Under the pieces are notes generated by a model that saw only the letters and a list, made by a program, of their open reading frames with translations, had not been told where the DNA came from and ran no database searches. From Candidatus Bathyarchaeota archaeon (GTDB lineage: Archaea > Thermoproteota > Bathyarchaeia > Bathyarchaeales > Bathycorpusculaceae), in the NCBI GenBank assembly GCA_963832745.1, contig CAWHVC010000003.1, positions 448,001 to 512,000 of the forward strand: a stretch of 64,000 nt of DNA, given 5' to 3'. Made by a program: the position numbers and the translations under genes. This document shows positions 48,751 through 59,631 of this stretch, in pieces (the first letter of the stretch is position 1; each line of letters starts with the position of its first letter).

Positions 48751-48823
48751 ACCCATATCCTGCTTTTTAGAGTGGCACTTATTTACCTCTTAAGAGTGCA
48801 TATAATTTCACGGAGAAAAAGAG

Positions 48824-49399
48824 ATGCCTTTACGTGTTTACCTTGCAGGTCCCGAAGTTTTCCTGCGGGAGGCTAAAGAAGTAGGAGAACGCAAGAAATC
48901 CCTCTGTAGAAAATACGGTTTTGAAGGCGTTTTCCCTATAGATGTTGAAGTTAACCTTGAAGGTAAATCCTACCGCGAAATCGGTTTTTGCATCAGTGAA
49001 GTTAATGAGGGTTTGATAAAAAGCTGCGATATTGTGATTGCAAATATTACACCTTTTCGTGGCCCAAGTGCTGATGTCGGCACTGTCTATGAAATGGGTT
49101 TTGCGCATGCATTAGGCAAAAAAGTGCTCGCATACAGCAACGTTGATGCCCCGTTTACTGAACGAACAGTTAAAGCACTTGGAAACAAGGTGACCAAAGA
49201 TGTTGACGGCAAACTCCGTGATGATTACGGCATGTTTGTTGAAGAAGTTGGTTTGATTGATAATTTGATGATTGATGGCTGCATTCACTTGAACACGGGG
49301 TTATTAGTTGTAGGGCAGGCGCCCGAGGGTCAACTGTTTACTTTTCTTGGGGGCTTCGAAAACTGCTTAAAAGCGGCTAAAGAATTGCCTCAAAAATAG
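48824..49399 (+). CDS. Nucleoside 2-deoxyribosyltransferase family protein
   Basis: VYLAGPEVF, FRGPSADVGTVYEMGFA.ALGK and NLMI. Confidence 0.88.
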   Translation: MPLRVYLAGPEVFLREAKEVGERKKSLCRKYGFEGVFPIDVEVNLEGKSYREIGFCISEVNEGLIKSCDIVIANITPFRGPSADVGTVYEMGFAHALGKKVLAYSNVDAPFTERTVKALGNKVTKDVDGKLRDDYGMFVEEVGLIDNLMIDGCIHLNTGLLVVGQAPEGQLFTFLGGFENCLKAAKELPQK

Positions 49400-50927
49400 T
49401 TGTTAATCCTCTTGTTTTTCTATCCCTGCCCGTTTCTATAGTAACTTTCGCTAATTCAAAGAAGTGCTTGCTTCGAAACTGTTTAGGTGTTACTCGCCAT
49501 TCCCAATTACCCATAGGACAACTTGGCATGTTGATTCGCGCTTCAGCACCCAGCGATAGTACATCTTGAATTGGAATAATGCAAAGTTTAGCTTTTGATT
49601 TAAGGGCAAGCTTAATCATTTCTAAACCTGCTTGGGTTTCAGTAACTTTTTTTCCAGTTTGATTGAAAAAGTTTGCTTTCTGAGCGATGGATGCTTCAGT
49701 TTTAAACCAGCCTCTTGCCGTGTTAGTGTCATGCGTGCCAGTGTAAGCCACAGCGTTCACTGGGTGATTGCCTAACGCGTGAGGGTTGTCTTCTGAACCG
49801 TTAAACCCAAAAAGCAGCACTTTCATTCCGGGAACTCCCAAAAAGGCAATAGCTTTTTTTACATTGTCATCGATTGCGCCTAAATCTTCAGCGATGAATG
49901 GTAAGTCAGGAAAACAAGTTCTCAGTTTAGCAAAAAATTTTTGGTATGGCGCTTTGACCCATCTGCCTTTCTTGGCCGTTTTAGCGGACGATGTGACACG
50001 CCAATACGCCACAAAACCCCTGAAATGGTCAAGGCGCAGAAAATCATAAATTTTTAAGCTGTGGACGATTCGTTTTAGCCACCAGTCAAAACCTGTTTTT
50101 TCCATTTTACTCCAGTCATATACTGGGTTGCCCCAAAGTTGGCCGTCATCACTAAAATAGTCAGGTGGGACGCCACCGACAAACCGTGCTTTACCGTCTC
50201 GCTTTAAGCTAAATAGGTCTTGATTCACCCAGACATCAACGCTGTCATGAGCAACATAAAACGGGATGTCTCCAATTATTTGGACCTTTTTTTTGTAGCA
50301 AAACTCTTTCAAGTTCTTCCATTGACTAAAAAAGACGTATTGTACAAACTTTTCAAACTCCATCTCGTCGGTTAACTGTCTTGTTTGGGTTGCTAAGGCC
50401 TCTGGATCTCGGCTTCGTAAATTCTGTGGCCAGTTAATCCATGATTTACCCATCTTAGTCCTTAATGCACTGTAAAGGGCATAATCATCTAGCCAATAAC
50501 AGTTTTCAGAACAAAACGCTTCAAAACTCTGCTCAACACTTAACATTGGATGCGTTTGCTTGAAAAGTTCATAAGCTTCGTGAAGCATGGCTTGCTTAAT
50601 TGCATAAACAGCGCAGTAGTTTATTCGGCTAGTTTGAGGCATAACCGCTTCTCTTAACGTGCCCTTTTCAAGCAATCCTTGTTTGGCTAGCTCTTCAGGG
50701 CTTATCAACAATAGGTTTCCCGCGTAAGCTGAACTTGTTAAGTACGGGGAGTTTCCTGCTTCAAGACTAGTTGGCGAAAGAGGTAAAATACTCCAGTAAT
50801 GCTGACCACACTTGGCAAGTAGTTGAACAAATTTTTGGCTTTCAGATCCAAAATCGCCGATGCCAAACTTTGATGGTAAAGACGCCACTGGCAAAAGAAG
50901 ACCGCTAGCTCTTGAAATACTGCTCAT
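49377..50927 (-). CDS. malQ: 4-alpha-glucanotransferase (GH77)
   Basis: GDIPFYV, GVPPDYFS..GQLWGNP, RLDHFRG, AEDLG and YTGTHD. Confidence 0.95.
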   Translation of the reverse strand: MSSISRASGLLLPVASLPSKFGIGDFGSESQKFVQLLAKCGQHYWSILPLSPTSLEAGNSPYLTSSAYAGNLLLISPEELAKQGLLEKGTLREAVMPQTSRINYCAVYAIKQAMLHEAYELFKQTHPMLSVEQSFEAFCSENCYWLDDYALYSALRTKMGKSWINWPQNLRSRDPEALATQTRQLTDEMEFEKFVQYVFFSQWKNLKEFCYKKKVQIIGDIPFYVAHDSVDVWVNQDLFSLKRDGKARFVGGVPPDYFSDDGQLWGNPVYDWSKMEKTGFDWWLKRIVHSLKIYDFLRLDHFRGFVAYWRVTSSAKTAKKGRWVKAPYQKFFAKLRTCFPDLPFIAEDLGAIDDNVKKAIAFLGVPGMKVLLFGFNGSEDNPHALGNHPVNAVAYTGTHDTNTARGWFKTEASIAQKANFFNQTGKKVTETQAGLEMIKLALKSKAKLCIIPIQDVLSLGAEARINMPSCPMGNWEWRVTPKQFRSKHFFELAKVTIETGRDRKTRGLTTIFEAIL

Positions 50928-53473
50928 GTGTTGTCACCTCCGACAAGCAAAGCCACCGGAAAACCCTCTAAAACCTTATTGACAAGTAAACTTCCTGACG
51001 AATGAAAACTTGAACCTGTAAATACTTCCATCCAAGTGGATGATGTATCCGTCGGCAAGTTTATGGCTGTATCTTTCCAATTTACTCTCCATGAACTAAA
51101 CGGTTCAAGCAACTCAACCAAAAATCGTGGAACTACCACAACAACAGAACTATTTTCGTTTTTACGTATGAACGCAAAAACGTGCTCTTTCAAAGTTCCT
51201 TCAACGCTTAATGGGTTGTAGTCGCCCTCTTCAAACAGGCCTTTAAGCCGACGTCGAGTCTGTAGCGCTTTAAAAATTAGATAAATCTTGACTTTTCCTG
51301 ATGTGTAATTTTCCAAAAGCCTTTTCACACTTGATGGCGAGCTTTTTGAAACTTCAGCAAGAAGTTTTTCTCTTTTTTCGTAGTCAACTGGGCGGCGGTT
51401 GTCAGGGTCAACCAAGCTTAGATCCCAAAGCTCTGAACCCTGATAAAAATCTGGGATACCGGGACAAGTGGTTTTTAGAAGAGTTTGTGCTAGCGAGTTG
51501 AAGATTCCATAATATTCGATTTTTTTTTGGAATGGCAGAAAATCGTCAAGAAAGTTGGGGTCCGTTAGGATTTGTCTTGTGAACTTTTCTGCGGCGTTTT
51601 CGTATTGCTTGTTTGGGTTTATCCATGATGTGTGAACTTTTGCTTCTTTTAATGCCTTAATCACAAAAGAGGCGGTTCTCTGGATGAATTCATCTCTTTC
51701 AGTGGTTTCAAAAGGGAATGAACCCAAAATGGATTGGTAAATAAGGTATTCTTCATTACGATTGGGTGCAGGCCAGCCGTTAATGTAGGTTTTATGTTTG
51801 ACGTTGATTTCAGCCCAGTTGGAAATACGCTTTTCTAGTTCTTGCGGAACTTCGCTTAACACATTTAGTCGTGCCCGTGCATCTTCTCCTCTTTTTGTGT
51901 CATGCGTGCTGCTAGCGTTTAACGTTAGAGGCCAACGCATTTGTCTTGCCAAGTTAAACTGGTGAAACTCTTCGGTTGAGCCGCCGAATTTAGCTGGGTC
52001 GCCGCCTACCTCATTAAGCGATATAAACCGGCAGTAACGGTAAAACGTGGTGTCTTCAAGCCCCTTAGCCATGACTGCACCAGTGAATTGCTGCAGCCGC
52101 ATCAACGCATTCAAAGCCGCTCTGTTGACATGGCATTGGTGAAGAATGAACTCGATGGCGCCTAACTCTTCAGCATATTCGTGTTTGCGTTGTTTTGCTT
52201 GCTTTAACGCTGCTTTGAAGTAGCCTTTCTTGTCTATTGGATTTTTTGAGTTTAGGTAAGTGCGGTAGACTGGAAAACAAGCAATTAATGCGGCTATGGC
52301 AAGTGGCATCTTGTTGCTGTCAAACTGGTTGTATCCTAATTTCTGTAGAGTTTGATTAGCCAGACGGGCAATGTTTCTCAGGTCACCCATAAAATAGTTA
52401 TTAATCACAAGGTTTTTGCAATCAAAAAGCAAAGCTTCAAAATCCTGAGTGTTTTCAGTAAAATTTTTGTAAATGTTGTCGATGGCTGTTTCATTGGTTT
52501 GTTTTACAAATAATCTGTTAACAAAGTTAACGAAGTCGTAGCCTGTGTTGCCTTGGATGGGCCAGGATTCAGGCAAGGTTTCGTTGTCGGTTAAGATTTT
52601 TTCTACAAGTAGGTAGGCGTCGGGGGCATGTCTGCGTAGGTTTAGGAGATATTCTTCAGGGTTGTAGATGCCGTCGACGTGGTCTACACGCAAACCTCCA
52701 ATCTTACCAGTGTTAAGCAAATTAAAGATTAACTGATGGGTTTCCTCAAAAACAGTTGGTTCTTCCATCCTTAGGCCGATTAAATCAAGTATGTCAAAGA
52801 ATCTGCGGTAATTAATCTCTTTGAAGGCGTCCCTCCAGTACATGAGCGAGTAAAATTGTTTTGAAAGCAGACTTTTCAGAACCGCAGGGTCATCATTAAC
52901 ACGTTTTACTGTTTGCCCAACGTCTTCTTTTCCTGACAGTTCTTGGATAGACATGCGGTTAACCGGAAAATCTAAACTGTCATATCGAATCTTAACGCTA
53001 AACTCATCATGAACTAAAGTTATTTCACGCTTCTTTATGCATTCGACTAGCTCTTTACCCAAAAAAGGCACAAGAATCCGTCCCTTAAGATTAGTCGAAG
53101 GATGACTCCAGTCGACATCAAAAAACTTATGATATCGTGAATCTGGACCATGCTGTAAGACATCAGAAACCCGTTTGTTCTCCAAAGAATACGCTGCATG
53201 ATTTGGCACGATATCTTGAAGCCAATCTAACCCGTAAGCAGCATTTTCCCTTTTTAGCTCTTCAAAAGCTGCTCTGCCACCTAACTCCGCATTGATTTCA
53301 GTGGGGTCAACTATGTCATAGCCGTGAGTGCTGCCTGCTCTTGCTTTAAAGATTGGAGACGCGTAAATATGCGAAATCCCTAGCTTAGCCAAATATGGCA
53401 CTATCTTTTTGAGTTTTAAGAAATCAAACTCCCTGTTCAATTGAATTCTATAAGTTGCTAAAGGTGTCTTCAA
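50924..53473 (-). CDS. treY: Malto-oligosyltrehalose synthase
   Basis: ATYRIQ, GSTHGYD, DIVPNH, NYRRFFD, RVDHVDG, STHDTKRGED and SLVDPDNRRPVD. Confidence 0.95.
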   Translation of the reverse strand: MKTPLATYRIQLNREFDFLKLKKIVPYLAKLGISHIYASPIFKARAGSTHGYDIVDPTEINAELGGRAAFEELKRENAAYGLDWLQDIVPNHAAYSLENKRVSDVLQHGPDSRYHKFFDVDWSHPSTNLKGRILVPFLGKELVECIKKREITLVHDEFSVKIRYDSLDFPVNRMSIQELSGKEDVGQTVKRVNDDPAVLKSLLSKQFYSLMYWRDAFKEINYRRFFDILDLIGLRMEEPTVFEETHQLIFNLLNTGKIGGLRVDHVDGIYNPEEYLLNLRRHAPDAYLLVEKILTDNETLPESWPIQGNTGYDFVNFVNRLFVKQTNETAIDNIYKNFTENTQDFEALLFDCKNLVINNYFMGDLRNIARLANQTLQKLGYNQFDSNKMPLAIAALIACFPVYRTYLNSKNPIDKKGYFKAALKQAKQRKHEYAEELGAIEFILHQCHVNRAALNALMRLQQFTGAVMAKGLEDTTFYRYCRFISLNEVGGDPAKFGGSTEEFHQFNLARQMRWPLTLNASSTHDTKRGEDARARLNVLSEVPQELEKRISNWAEINVKHKTYINGWPAPNRNEEYLIYQSILGSFPFETTERDEFIQRTASFVIKALKEAKVHTSWINPNKQYENAAEKFTRQILTDPNFLDDFLPFQKKIEYYGIFNSLAQTLLKTTCPGIPDFYQGSELWDLSLVDPDNRRPVDYEKREKLLAEVSKSSPSSVKRLLENYTSGKVKIYLIFKALQTRRRLKGLFEEGDYNPLSVEGTLKEHVFAFIRKNENSSVVVVVPRFLVELLEPFSSWRVNWKDTAINLPTDTSSTWMEVFTGSSFHSSGSLLVNKVLEGFPVALLVGGDNT

Positions 53474-53475
53474 GA

Positions 53476-55917
53476 CTAATCAAGCCGTATTCCGATTAAC
53501 TCACATAACTGCCGAAAACTTGAAACCCACAACAATGCAGTCTCATCCTTTTGCTGTTTCGTGGACTGAAAAAGCTTTTCTGCAAGTTTAAAGGCGATAT
53601 TTTGCGATTGCCAAAGATTCAAGTTAACGGGGAGTTCATTAATATGTGCAATCAAGTTTGCAATGTATTTGATTTTCTGGGTATCTTTCGGGTTAACCTC
53701 GAGTTTTTTGAATTCTTGGGTAATTTTTTCGCTTGCTTGAAAAGTTAATAGTTCAAAATTCAAATTTACTTCAAAGCTTTTGGCGTTTGCAATCAACTTT
53801 TGCAAGTGATTAATATCCACTTCTTCAGCGGTTAAGGCTTCCTCGATTTCCATTTCCAAAACTATTTCGGCTGCTGAGCGAAATGGTTGTGGCTGGGGAA
53901 TCCTGTTTTCCTTCATAAACCGCATCAGCGCTGAATTGTCTCTGTAAACTATTTCATATAGTTCCCGAGTTTTCTTTAGGCTGCCTTCAACGATAAACTC
54001 CAGTATGCATCTTTGGTCATCTTTGAACATGTCTTTTAAAGAATAATTATTTTCTCCAAAAAATTTGGATAAGGAAATGATCATTTCACTGATTTGTCCT
54101 TTCTCAAAACTTTTTAATAAATCAGTTTTCATCGAGTTGAAACTTTCTTGTTGCATGTTAAGCATCGCTCCACAGCTTACGTTATGGTCGCCAAGCCAAA
54201 TTGCTGCGCATCCAAAAGTTTGTTCGTCAAGAGTTATTCCTGAATAAACTGAAGTATGATTTACGATTAGGCGGAATTTGCCATCATCTCGTCCTTCAAG
54301 ATCTTTATGTATGACTTTGAAATAACAGTTAGGCATCTGCGGGGTTAACATTTTAGTGTTTAAATCAGGCGAAAAAAGCGTTATGATAGTGTTTTGAGCG
54401 CTAATCTTGGCAAAATCAACAATTGATGGCTTAACAAACGTATTATAGACTCTTTCGCCATTTAGAAATTCAACAATGTTGCTTGAAGCTTGAGCAAGCA
54501 TCTTTACGTATTGATCTTCTAAATTTAACCCTAATAGTTCCTTTGCAAGTTGCATAGCTCTAGCCGCATACATCATCACTTGCACGGCTTCTATACCGCT
54601 GATTTCATCAAAAAACCAGCCACAGCTTGTAAAAATCAAAAGTGCATGCCGCTGCATTTCAAGCAGTTTAATTACTCGTCGTTTTTCTAAATCGTTTAAT
54701 GGTTTTTTTGCTTCCTCTTCCAAGAATTCATCTATACATTCTTTTGACCTATCTAAAATCACTTTAATGTAGTTATTACGGGCGTTCCATGGGTCTTTAA
54801 GGTATTCTGTTGCTGCTGTTTCAAATCCGATTGCAAGTTGGTCCCTTAACCAATCCATAGCTTGCCTTAATGGTTTACGCCATGCTTGGTTCCAGTTACG
54901 GTTAGGGTCATTTTTACATCCGCAATCATTTCTCCAACGCTCTATTCCGTGAATGCAACTCCACGAAGTATTTTCGATAATTTCCACTTCAAATTCGGGC
55001 TGATTGTTATCTAAAAATTCAGAAAAATTTGTGATTTTTGCAAGCTCGTTTGCCTCGATATAGTATAGGCAATACGCTAGGGTCATATCACCGTGTGGGT
55101 GATGGTGCCCATAGAGTTCTCCGTCACTTGCTACGCTTTCAATTAGATGTTTTGTGTTTTCACCTTTAAATGAGTCTGCGAGACGTTTGGCAAATGCTTC
55201 ACCGTTATTCAGTAGGTTTCCAAAAGCTATGTCACTGGCTGTTTGCCTGTCAAAAAAGAATAAACAAATGCTTTTTCCCGAAGGCAAATTACATTGGTAA
55301 ACTCTTTTTGGATCAATTTGTTTTTCAGATGAATGCACCCATTTTTTGTCACCTATTTTGCGGTATCTAAGAACTTGGCTTGATGAAAGAATCGTGAATT
55401 TAATTTTATTTTCAGCTAACACTTCAAGCGTTTCAATATCCACTGCTGTTTCAGGAAGCCACATTCCCCAGGGAAACCTGCCAAAGCGTGACTCAAAATC
55501 TTTAATTGCCCATTTAACTTGCGTTTCCTTATCACGACGATTTGCCAAAGGCATAATCATGTGATTATAAACCTGTGCTATTGCCGAGCCATGGCCTGAA
55601 AAGTTTTTCATGCTTTCCTTGTCTGCGTTAAGGATGGATTCGTAAACTGCTGGGTTATGACGCGCTAGCCAATACAGCAAAGTTGGTCCAAAGTTAAAGC
55701 TGATTTTTGAATAATTGTTTATCAAACCTATAATTCGCCATGAAGGGTCCATGATGCGGCTGAATGCGTTTGGGGCATAACATTCAGCGGTTATACGTTC
55801 GTTCCAGTCGTGGTAGGGGGCTGCGGATTCTTGAACTTCAACTTCTTCAAGCCACGGGTTTTCACGTGGAGGCTGATAAAAATGTCCATGAATACAAATG
55901 AATTGGTTACTGTTCAA
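53476..55917 (-). CDS. GH57-family glycoside hydrolase with DUF3536
   Basis: IHGHFYQPPRENPW, WLPETAV, DGELYGHH, SWSC.HG.ERW and TSCGWFFDE; TTG start after a GGAGG RBS. Confidence 0.88.
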   Translation of the reverse strand: MNSNQFICIHGHFYQPPRENPWLEEVEVQESAAPYHDWNERITAECYAPNAFSRIMDPSWRIIGLINNYSKISFNFGPTLLYWLARHNPAVYESILNADKESMKNFSGHGSAIAQVYNHMIMPLANRRDKETQVKWAIKDFESRFGRFPWGMWLPETAVDIETLEVLAENKIKFTILSSSQVLRYRKIGDKKWVHSSEKQIDPKRVYQCNLPSGKSICLFFFDRQTASDIAFGNLLNNGEAFAKRLADSFKGENTKHLIESVASDGELYGHHHPHGDMTLAYCLYYIEANELAKITNFSEFLDNNQPEFEVEIIENTSWSCIHGIERWRNDCGCKNDPNRNWNQAWRKPLRQAMDWLRDQLAIGFETAATEYLKDPWNARNNYIKVILDRSKECIDEFLEEEAKKPLNDLEKRRVIKLLEMQRHALLIFTSCGWFFDEISGIEAVQVMMYAARAMQLAKELLGLNLEDQYVKMLAQASSNIVEFLNGERVYNTFVKPSIVDFAKISAQNTIITLFSPDLNTKMLTPQMPNCYFKVIHKDLEGRDDGKFRLIVNHTSVYSGITLDEQTFGCAAIWLGDHNVSCGAMLNMQQESFNSMKTDLLKSFEKGQISEMIISLSKFFGENNYSLKDMFKDDQRCILEFIVEGSLKKTRELYEIVYRDNSALMRFMKENRIPQPQPFRSAAEIVLEMEIEEALTAEEVDINHLQKLIANAKSFEVNLNFELLTFQASEKITQEFKKLEVNPKDTQKIKYIANLIAHINELPVNLNLWQSQNIAFKLAEKLFQSTKQQKDETALLWVSSFRQLCELIGIRLD

Positions 55918-57728
55918 GAGGGTTCCTCCTGGTTTAGGTAGACTGCAAAACACAATCCTGGCATTTTCATGTTTGACAAGGGTTTTTCTGGAAGCCCTAG
56001 TCCTGACCCAGCAAAAAAGGGGTTGGTTGAATCCAAAACTTTTTGGCTGTTAGCTTCAAACTGGATTTGAAGAGTTTGTGTTTCTTTACCCAAATTTGCT
56101 ATAATGTGTGCTTTTGATGTGTTTTTTTGTTTTTCAACCAGCAAAACGTTACCTTGTATATTTACCGTTTTTATTTTTCTGTCTTTATCGACTTGAAAGA
56201 CAGGCACATTTTTCCTTAAACTAATTAACGCTTTGTAGTACTCAGCGATTTTGCTATTTACACCTTGGCTGCGTTTTTCCCATTTAATTTTAGATTTAGT
56301 AAAGCACTCGATGTTTTGAGGGTCCGGCACGTTGCCGGTCCAATGGAAGTCGGTGAATTCCTTCTTTCTTCCTTCCCTAATAGCCTCCCCTAGCCCTTTG
56401 TCTTGGTAATTCGTGAAGAACAAAAAGGGTGTAGTTTCGCCGTATTCTTCCCCCATAAAAATCAGTGGAATATAAGGAGATAGCAAAACCAATCCCGCAG
56501 CAACTTTAGCGGCTTCAAGACCTGAAATCGCTGTTAAGCGGTCACCCTGTAATCGATTTCCTATCTGGTCATGATTCTGGCTAAAAACAACAAGTTTTGA
56601 TGCAGGAATTTGCCGAAATGACTCTTCTGGTTTGCGGCGTCTAAATTCTGGAGGTTTTTTAACGTACACGTAAGCGTCTGTTAAAGCGTCCGCTAAATGC
56701 TCTATTTTGGTAAAGTCTACGTAGTAGCTTCTGTTTTCGCCAGTTAATGCACTGAAAAGGGCGTGATGGTAATCATCTAGCCATTGTGCGTCAAAACCGT
56801 AGCCGCCTGCTTCTGAGGAGGTTAAAACTGTTGGTTCATTGTAGCCTGTTTCCGCAATCATGTACATCTGCCGACCAGTTTCTTGTGAGTATTTTTTTAC
56901 GGCCTGATTCAATTCTGCAAGAAAATGTTTAGGGCTGTTGTCTACTATCCAAAGTATCGCGTCTAACCGAATGCCGTCAATATGATAGTCGCGGAACCAA
57001 TGAAGAGTGTTTTCCAAAAAATAGTTGCGAACACCGCTGCCGTTTGAGCTATCAATATTAAGAGTTGGTCCCCAAGTTGTCATTCGTTTATTGGTGAAGT
57101 AGGGTGCGTAATCTTCTAGAATGTTACCTTCAGGTCCTATGTGATTGTAAACGAAATCAAGAAAAACCGCTAAATGGTGCTTATGGCATTCGTCAACAAG
57201 CGCTTTTAGATCGTCGGGTTCACCATACGTGTTTTGGAGAGCAAACGGGAAAACGCCGTCGTAACCCCAGCCTCTGTTGCCTGAGAACTGTGTAACTGGC
57301 ATCAACTCGACTGCAGTTACTCCAAAATCAGCCAATTCAGCTATCCGTTCTTTCATAGCATTAAGTGTACCCTGGGGTGTGAAAGTTCCCACATGAACCT
57401 CATAGAACACCAAATCTTTAAACTCTAAACCACGCCAAGAATTGTCTTTCCACACATATTTTTCATGGTCAACCACTTTTGAGGGACCGAACACTCCCTT
57501 TGGCTGAAAGTGAGATGCTGGATCTGGTTTGGATGGGTTGGAGTCAAGCTTAAACATGTATTCCAATTTTGGCTCAACTTTTAGCTGTGTTGCCCAGTAA
57601 CCGTTTCCAAGACTTGTCATGTCGACTAATTGTTTACCGTCTTCAAGCGCTAATTTCACGTTAGTGGCGTTTGGAGCCCACACCGTGAATTCGCAGTTAG
57701 GTTGATGATAAATGGCTCCAACGTGCAT
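55914..57728 (-). CDS. treZ: Malto-oligosyltrehalose trehalohydrolase
   Basis: F.VWAP, YEVHVGTF, WGYDG, VYNH.GP.GN, RLDA, QNHDQIGNR and FMGEEYGE. Confidence 0.93.
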   Translation of the reverse strand: MHVGAIYHQPNCEFTVWAPNATNVKLALEDGKQLVDMTSLGNGYWATQLKVEPKLEYMFKLDSNPSKPDPASHFQPKGVFGPSKVVDHEKYVWKDNSWRGLEFKDLVFYEVHVGTFTPQGTLNAMKERIAELADFGVTAVELMPVTQFSGNRGWGYDGVFPFALQNTYGEPDDLKALVDECHKHHLAVFLDFVYNHIGPEGNILEDYAPYFTNKRMTTWGPTLNIDSSNGSGVRNYFLENTLHWFRDYHIDGIRLDAILWIVDNSPKHFLAELNQAVKKYSQETGRQMYMIAETGYNEPTVLTSSEAGGYGFDAQWLDDYHHALFSALTGENRSYYVDFTKIEHLADALTDAYVYVKKPPEFRRRKPEESFRQIPASKLVVFSQNHDQIGNRLQGDRLTAISGLEAAKVAAGLVLLSPYIPLIFMGEEYGETTPFLFFTNYQDKGLGEAIREGRKKEFTDFHWTGNVPDPQNIECFTKSKIKWEKRSQGVNSKIAEYYKALISLRKNVPVFQVDKDRKIKTVNIQGNVLLVEKQKNTSKAHIIANLGKETQTLQIQFEANSQKVLDSTNPFFAGSGLGLPEKPLSNMKMPGLCFAVYLNQEEPS

Positions 57729-57925
57729 TCGTTTAACATTTCCTTTGCTTTGCGAGTTTAACGGCGACTGAAAAGGCAGAAAATTTATGGCTAAAAAACT
57801 GGTGAAATTATTTGCTGGTGATGTTCACCGTTAAAACTCCAACAACATTATTATTGCTGGCAACTAATAATTATTTTGTGTTCTAAGTTTTAGAGGCATT
57901 AACTGACGTTTCTGCGGTGTTTTTT

Positions 57926-59170
57926 ATGTTGCGTGTTGAATTAAATAGAAAAATTGCGCTTAATGATTATATTCCGATTGTTGGAGAAAAAGAAGTTGAA
58001 GATGTTAAAGCTATAGCTGAACAGCTTAAAGGCACTTCAGTTACGCATGTCAACTCTACTGCTTTCGGTGGCGGAGTGGCTGAAATTCTGCATAGTATGA
58101 TTCCACTTATGCGGGATGCAGGCTTAGAGGTGCATTGGGAAGTTATTCATGGTGACATGCCGTTTTTCAATATTACCAAAAAAATCCATAACTCGTTGCA
58201 AGGTGCTAATCTGATTTTAAGCAAAGAGGAAGAGCACATTTATCTTGAATACAACCGAATAAACAGTGAATCCACAAATTTAGATTCTGATATTGTGATG
58301 GTGCATGATAACCAGCCAGCAGCTATTATACAGTTTTATCCTAACAAAAAAAGCAAATGGATATGGCGTTGCCATGTTGATCTTTCGACTCCTAACTTGG
58401 CAGTTTGGAATTTCCTTGAACAATACATCCGTCAGTATGACGCAGCAATTTTCACAGCTAAAGAATACGTTGTTCCAAGTCTAAATGTTCCAACGCTTAC
58501 AATCAGACCGCCCTCAATTAATCCTCTCAGCGAAAAAAACCGAGATTTAACAGAAACTGAAATTTTATCAATACTAGAGCGTTATGATGTTAAACCTAAC
58601 CAGCCGATTATTACTCAAGTTGCACGGTTTGACCCTTGGAAGGATCCTTCAGGCGCAATTGATGTTTACCGACTTGTTAAAAAGGAGATTCCCAATGTGC
58701 AATTGCTACTGATTGCGGGAATGGCTGCTGATGACCCGGAAGGTTGGCTGTATTTTGAAAAAACTGCCCGTCACGCCTGTGAAGATTCTGACGTATATTT
58801 GCTTACAGATTTGAAAGGTGTTAAAGATTTTGAGGTTAACGCTTTTCAGCGAGCTTCGCAAGTGATTTTGCAGATGTCGACTCGTGAAGGTTTCGGGTTA
58901 ACTGTCACTGAAGCCCTTTGGAAGGGTGTTCCAGTGGTGGCAAGGCATGTCGGTGGGATTCCTCTTCAAATTCAAGATGGCACAACCGGTTTCCTGGTTG
59001 ATACGGTTGAGCAGGCTGCTGAACGTACTATTTGTTTGTTAAAGAATCCTGAGATGGCAAGGCAGATTGGTAAAAATGGTAAAGAGTTTGTGAGGGAAAA
59101 CTTTTTGATAATAAAACATTTGAGAGACTATTTTACGCTGTTTACTGAATTGCTTAAATGTGAACCATAA
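57926..59170 (+). CDS. treT: Trehalose glycosyltransferring synthase (GT4)
   Basis: HVNST.FGGGVAEIL, HDNQP, WRCHVD, RFDPWKD and EGFGLTVTEALWK. Confidence 0.88.
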   Translation: MLRVELNRKIALNDYIPIVGEKEVEDVKAIAEQLKGTSVTHVNSTAFGGGVAEILHSMIPLMRDAGLEVHWEVIHGDMPFFNITKKIHNSLQGANLILSKEEEHIYLEYNRINSESTNLDSDIVMVHDNQPAAIIQFYPNKKSKWIWRCHVDLSTPNLAVWNFLEQYIRQYDAAIFTAKEYVVPSLNVPTLTIRPPSINPLSEKNRDLTETEILSILERYDVKPNQPIITQVARFDPWKDPSGAIDVYRLVKKEIPNVQLLLIAGMAADDPEGWLYFEKTARHACEDSDVYLLTDLKGVKDFEVNAFQRASQVILQMSTREGFGLTVTEALWKGVPVVARHVGGIPLQIQDGTTGFLVDTVEQAAERTICLLKNPEMARQIGKNGKEFVRENFLIIKHLRDYFTLFTELLKCEP

Positions 59171-59181
59171 AAAGGGGTTGT

Positions 59182-59475
59182 TTAACCCATAATGGTTGGG
59201 TGCTCGTCTTCCTCGTCGATGTGATGCATAACGTGGAGTCCTAAGCCTGTTGCTGCACCTGCTGAAAGTCCAATCAGTAAATTGTTTAAGGGTGCGTAGC
59301 TGCCGACTAAGCCGATAATTACTAGAATATCAAAGCCTACAGCAACTCCCAAGTAGCCTACGCACCACATTTTAACGCTCATACCTCTTGGCTTGTTTAT
59401 TCCGATTCCGCCAAGTATTCCTAACATAATTAGAAAACCGATTAAGGCGTAAATTAAGTCAAAGCTTAAATCCAA
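59182..59475 (-). CDS. Small membrane protein (about 3 TM) with His/acidic tail
   Basis: Hydrophobic helices; AGGTGA RBS before a TTG start; C-terminal HVMHHIDEEDEH. Confidence 0.6.
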   Translation of the reverse strand: MDLSFDLIYALIGFLIMLGILGGIGINKPRGMSVKMWCVGYLGVAVGFDILVIIGLVGSYAPLNNLLIGLSAGAATGLGLHVMHHIDEEDEHPTIMG

Positions 59476-59631
59476 ACATTTTCACCTGTTATTGTCTGCC
59501 TATGTTCACATTGGGGCTTAATTAGTTTATCGAATTCATCTCTAACTTGAAGATGTAACATCTTTTAGCAACTGATATACTGCTACCTTAAATACAATCA
59601 ACACTTTTTTATCCAACTTATTTGGGTAGGA

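Noticed and set aside
42332-59475. Integrated mobile element or provirus downstream of tRNA-Ser
   Set aside because: No integrase, transposase, viral gene or att duplication was seen in the window
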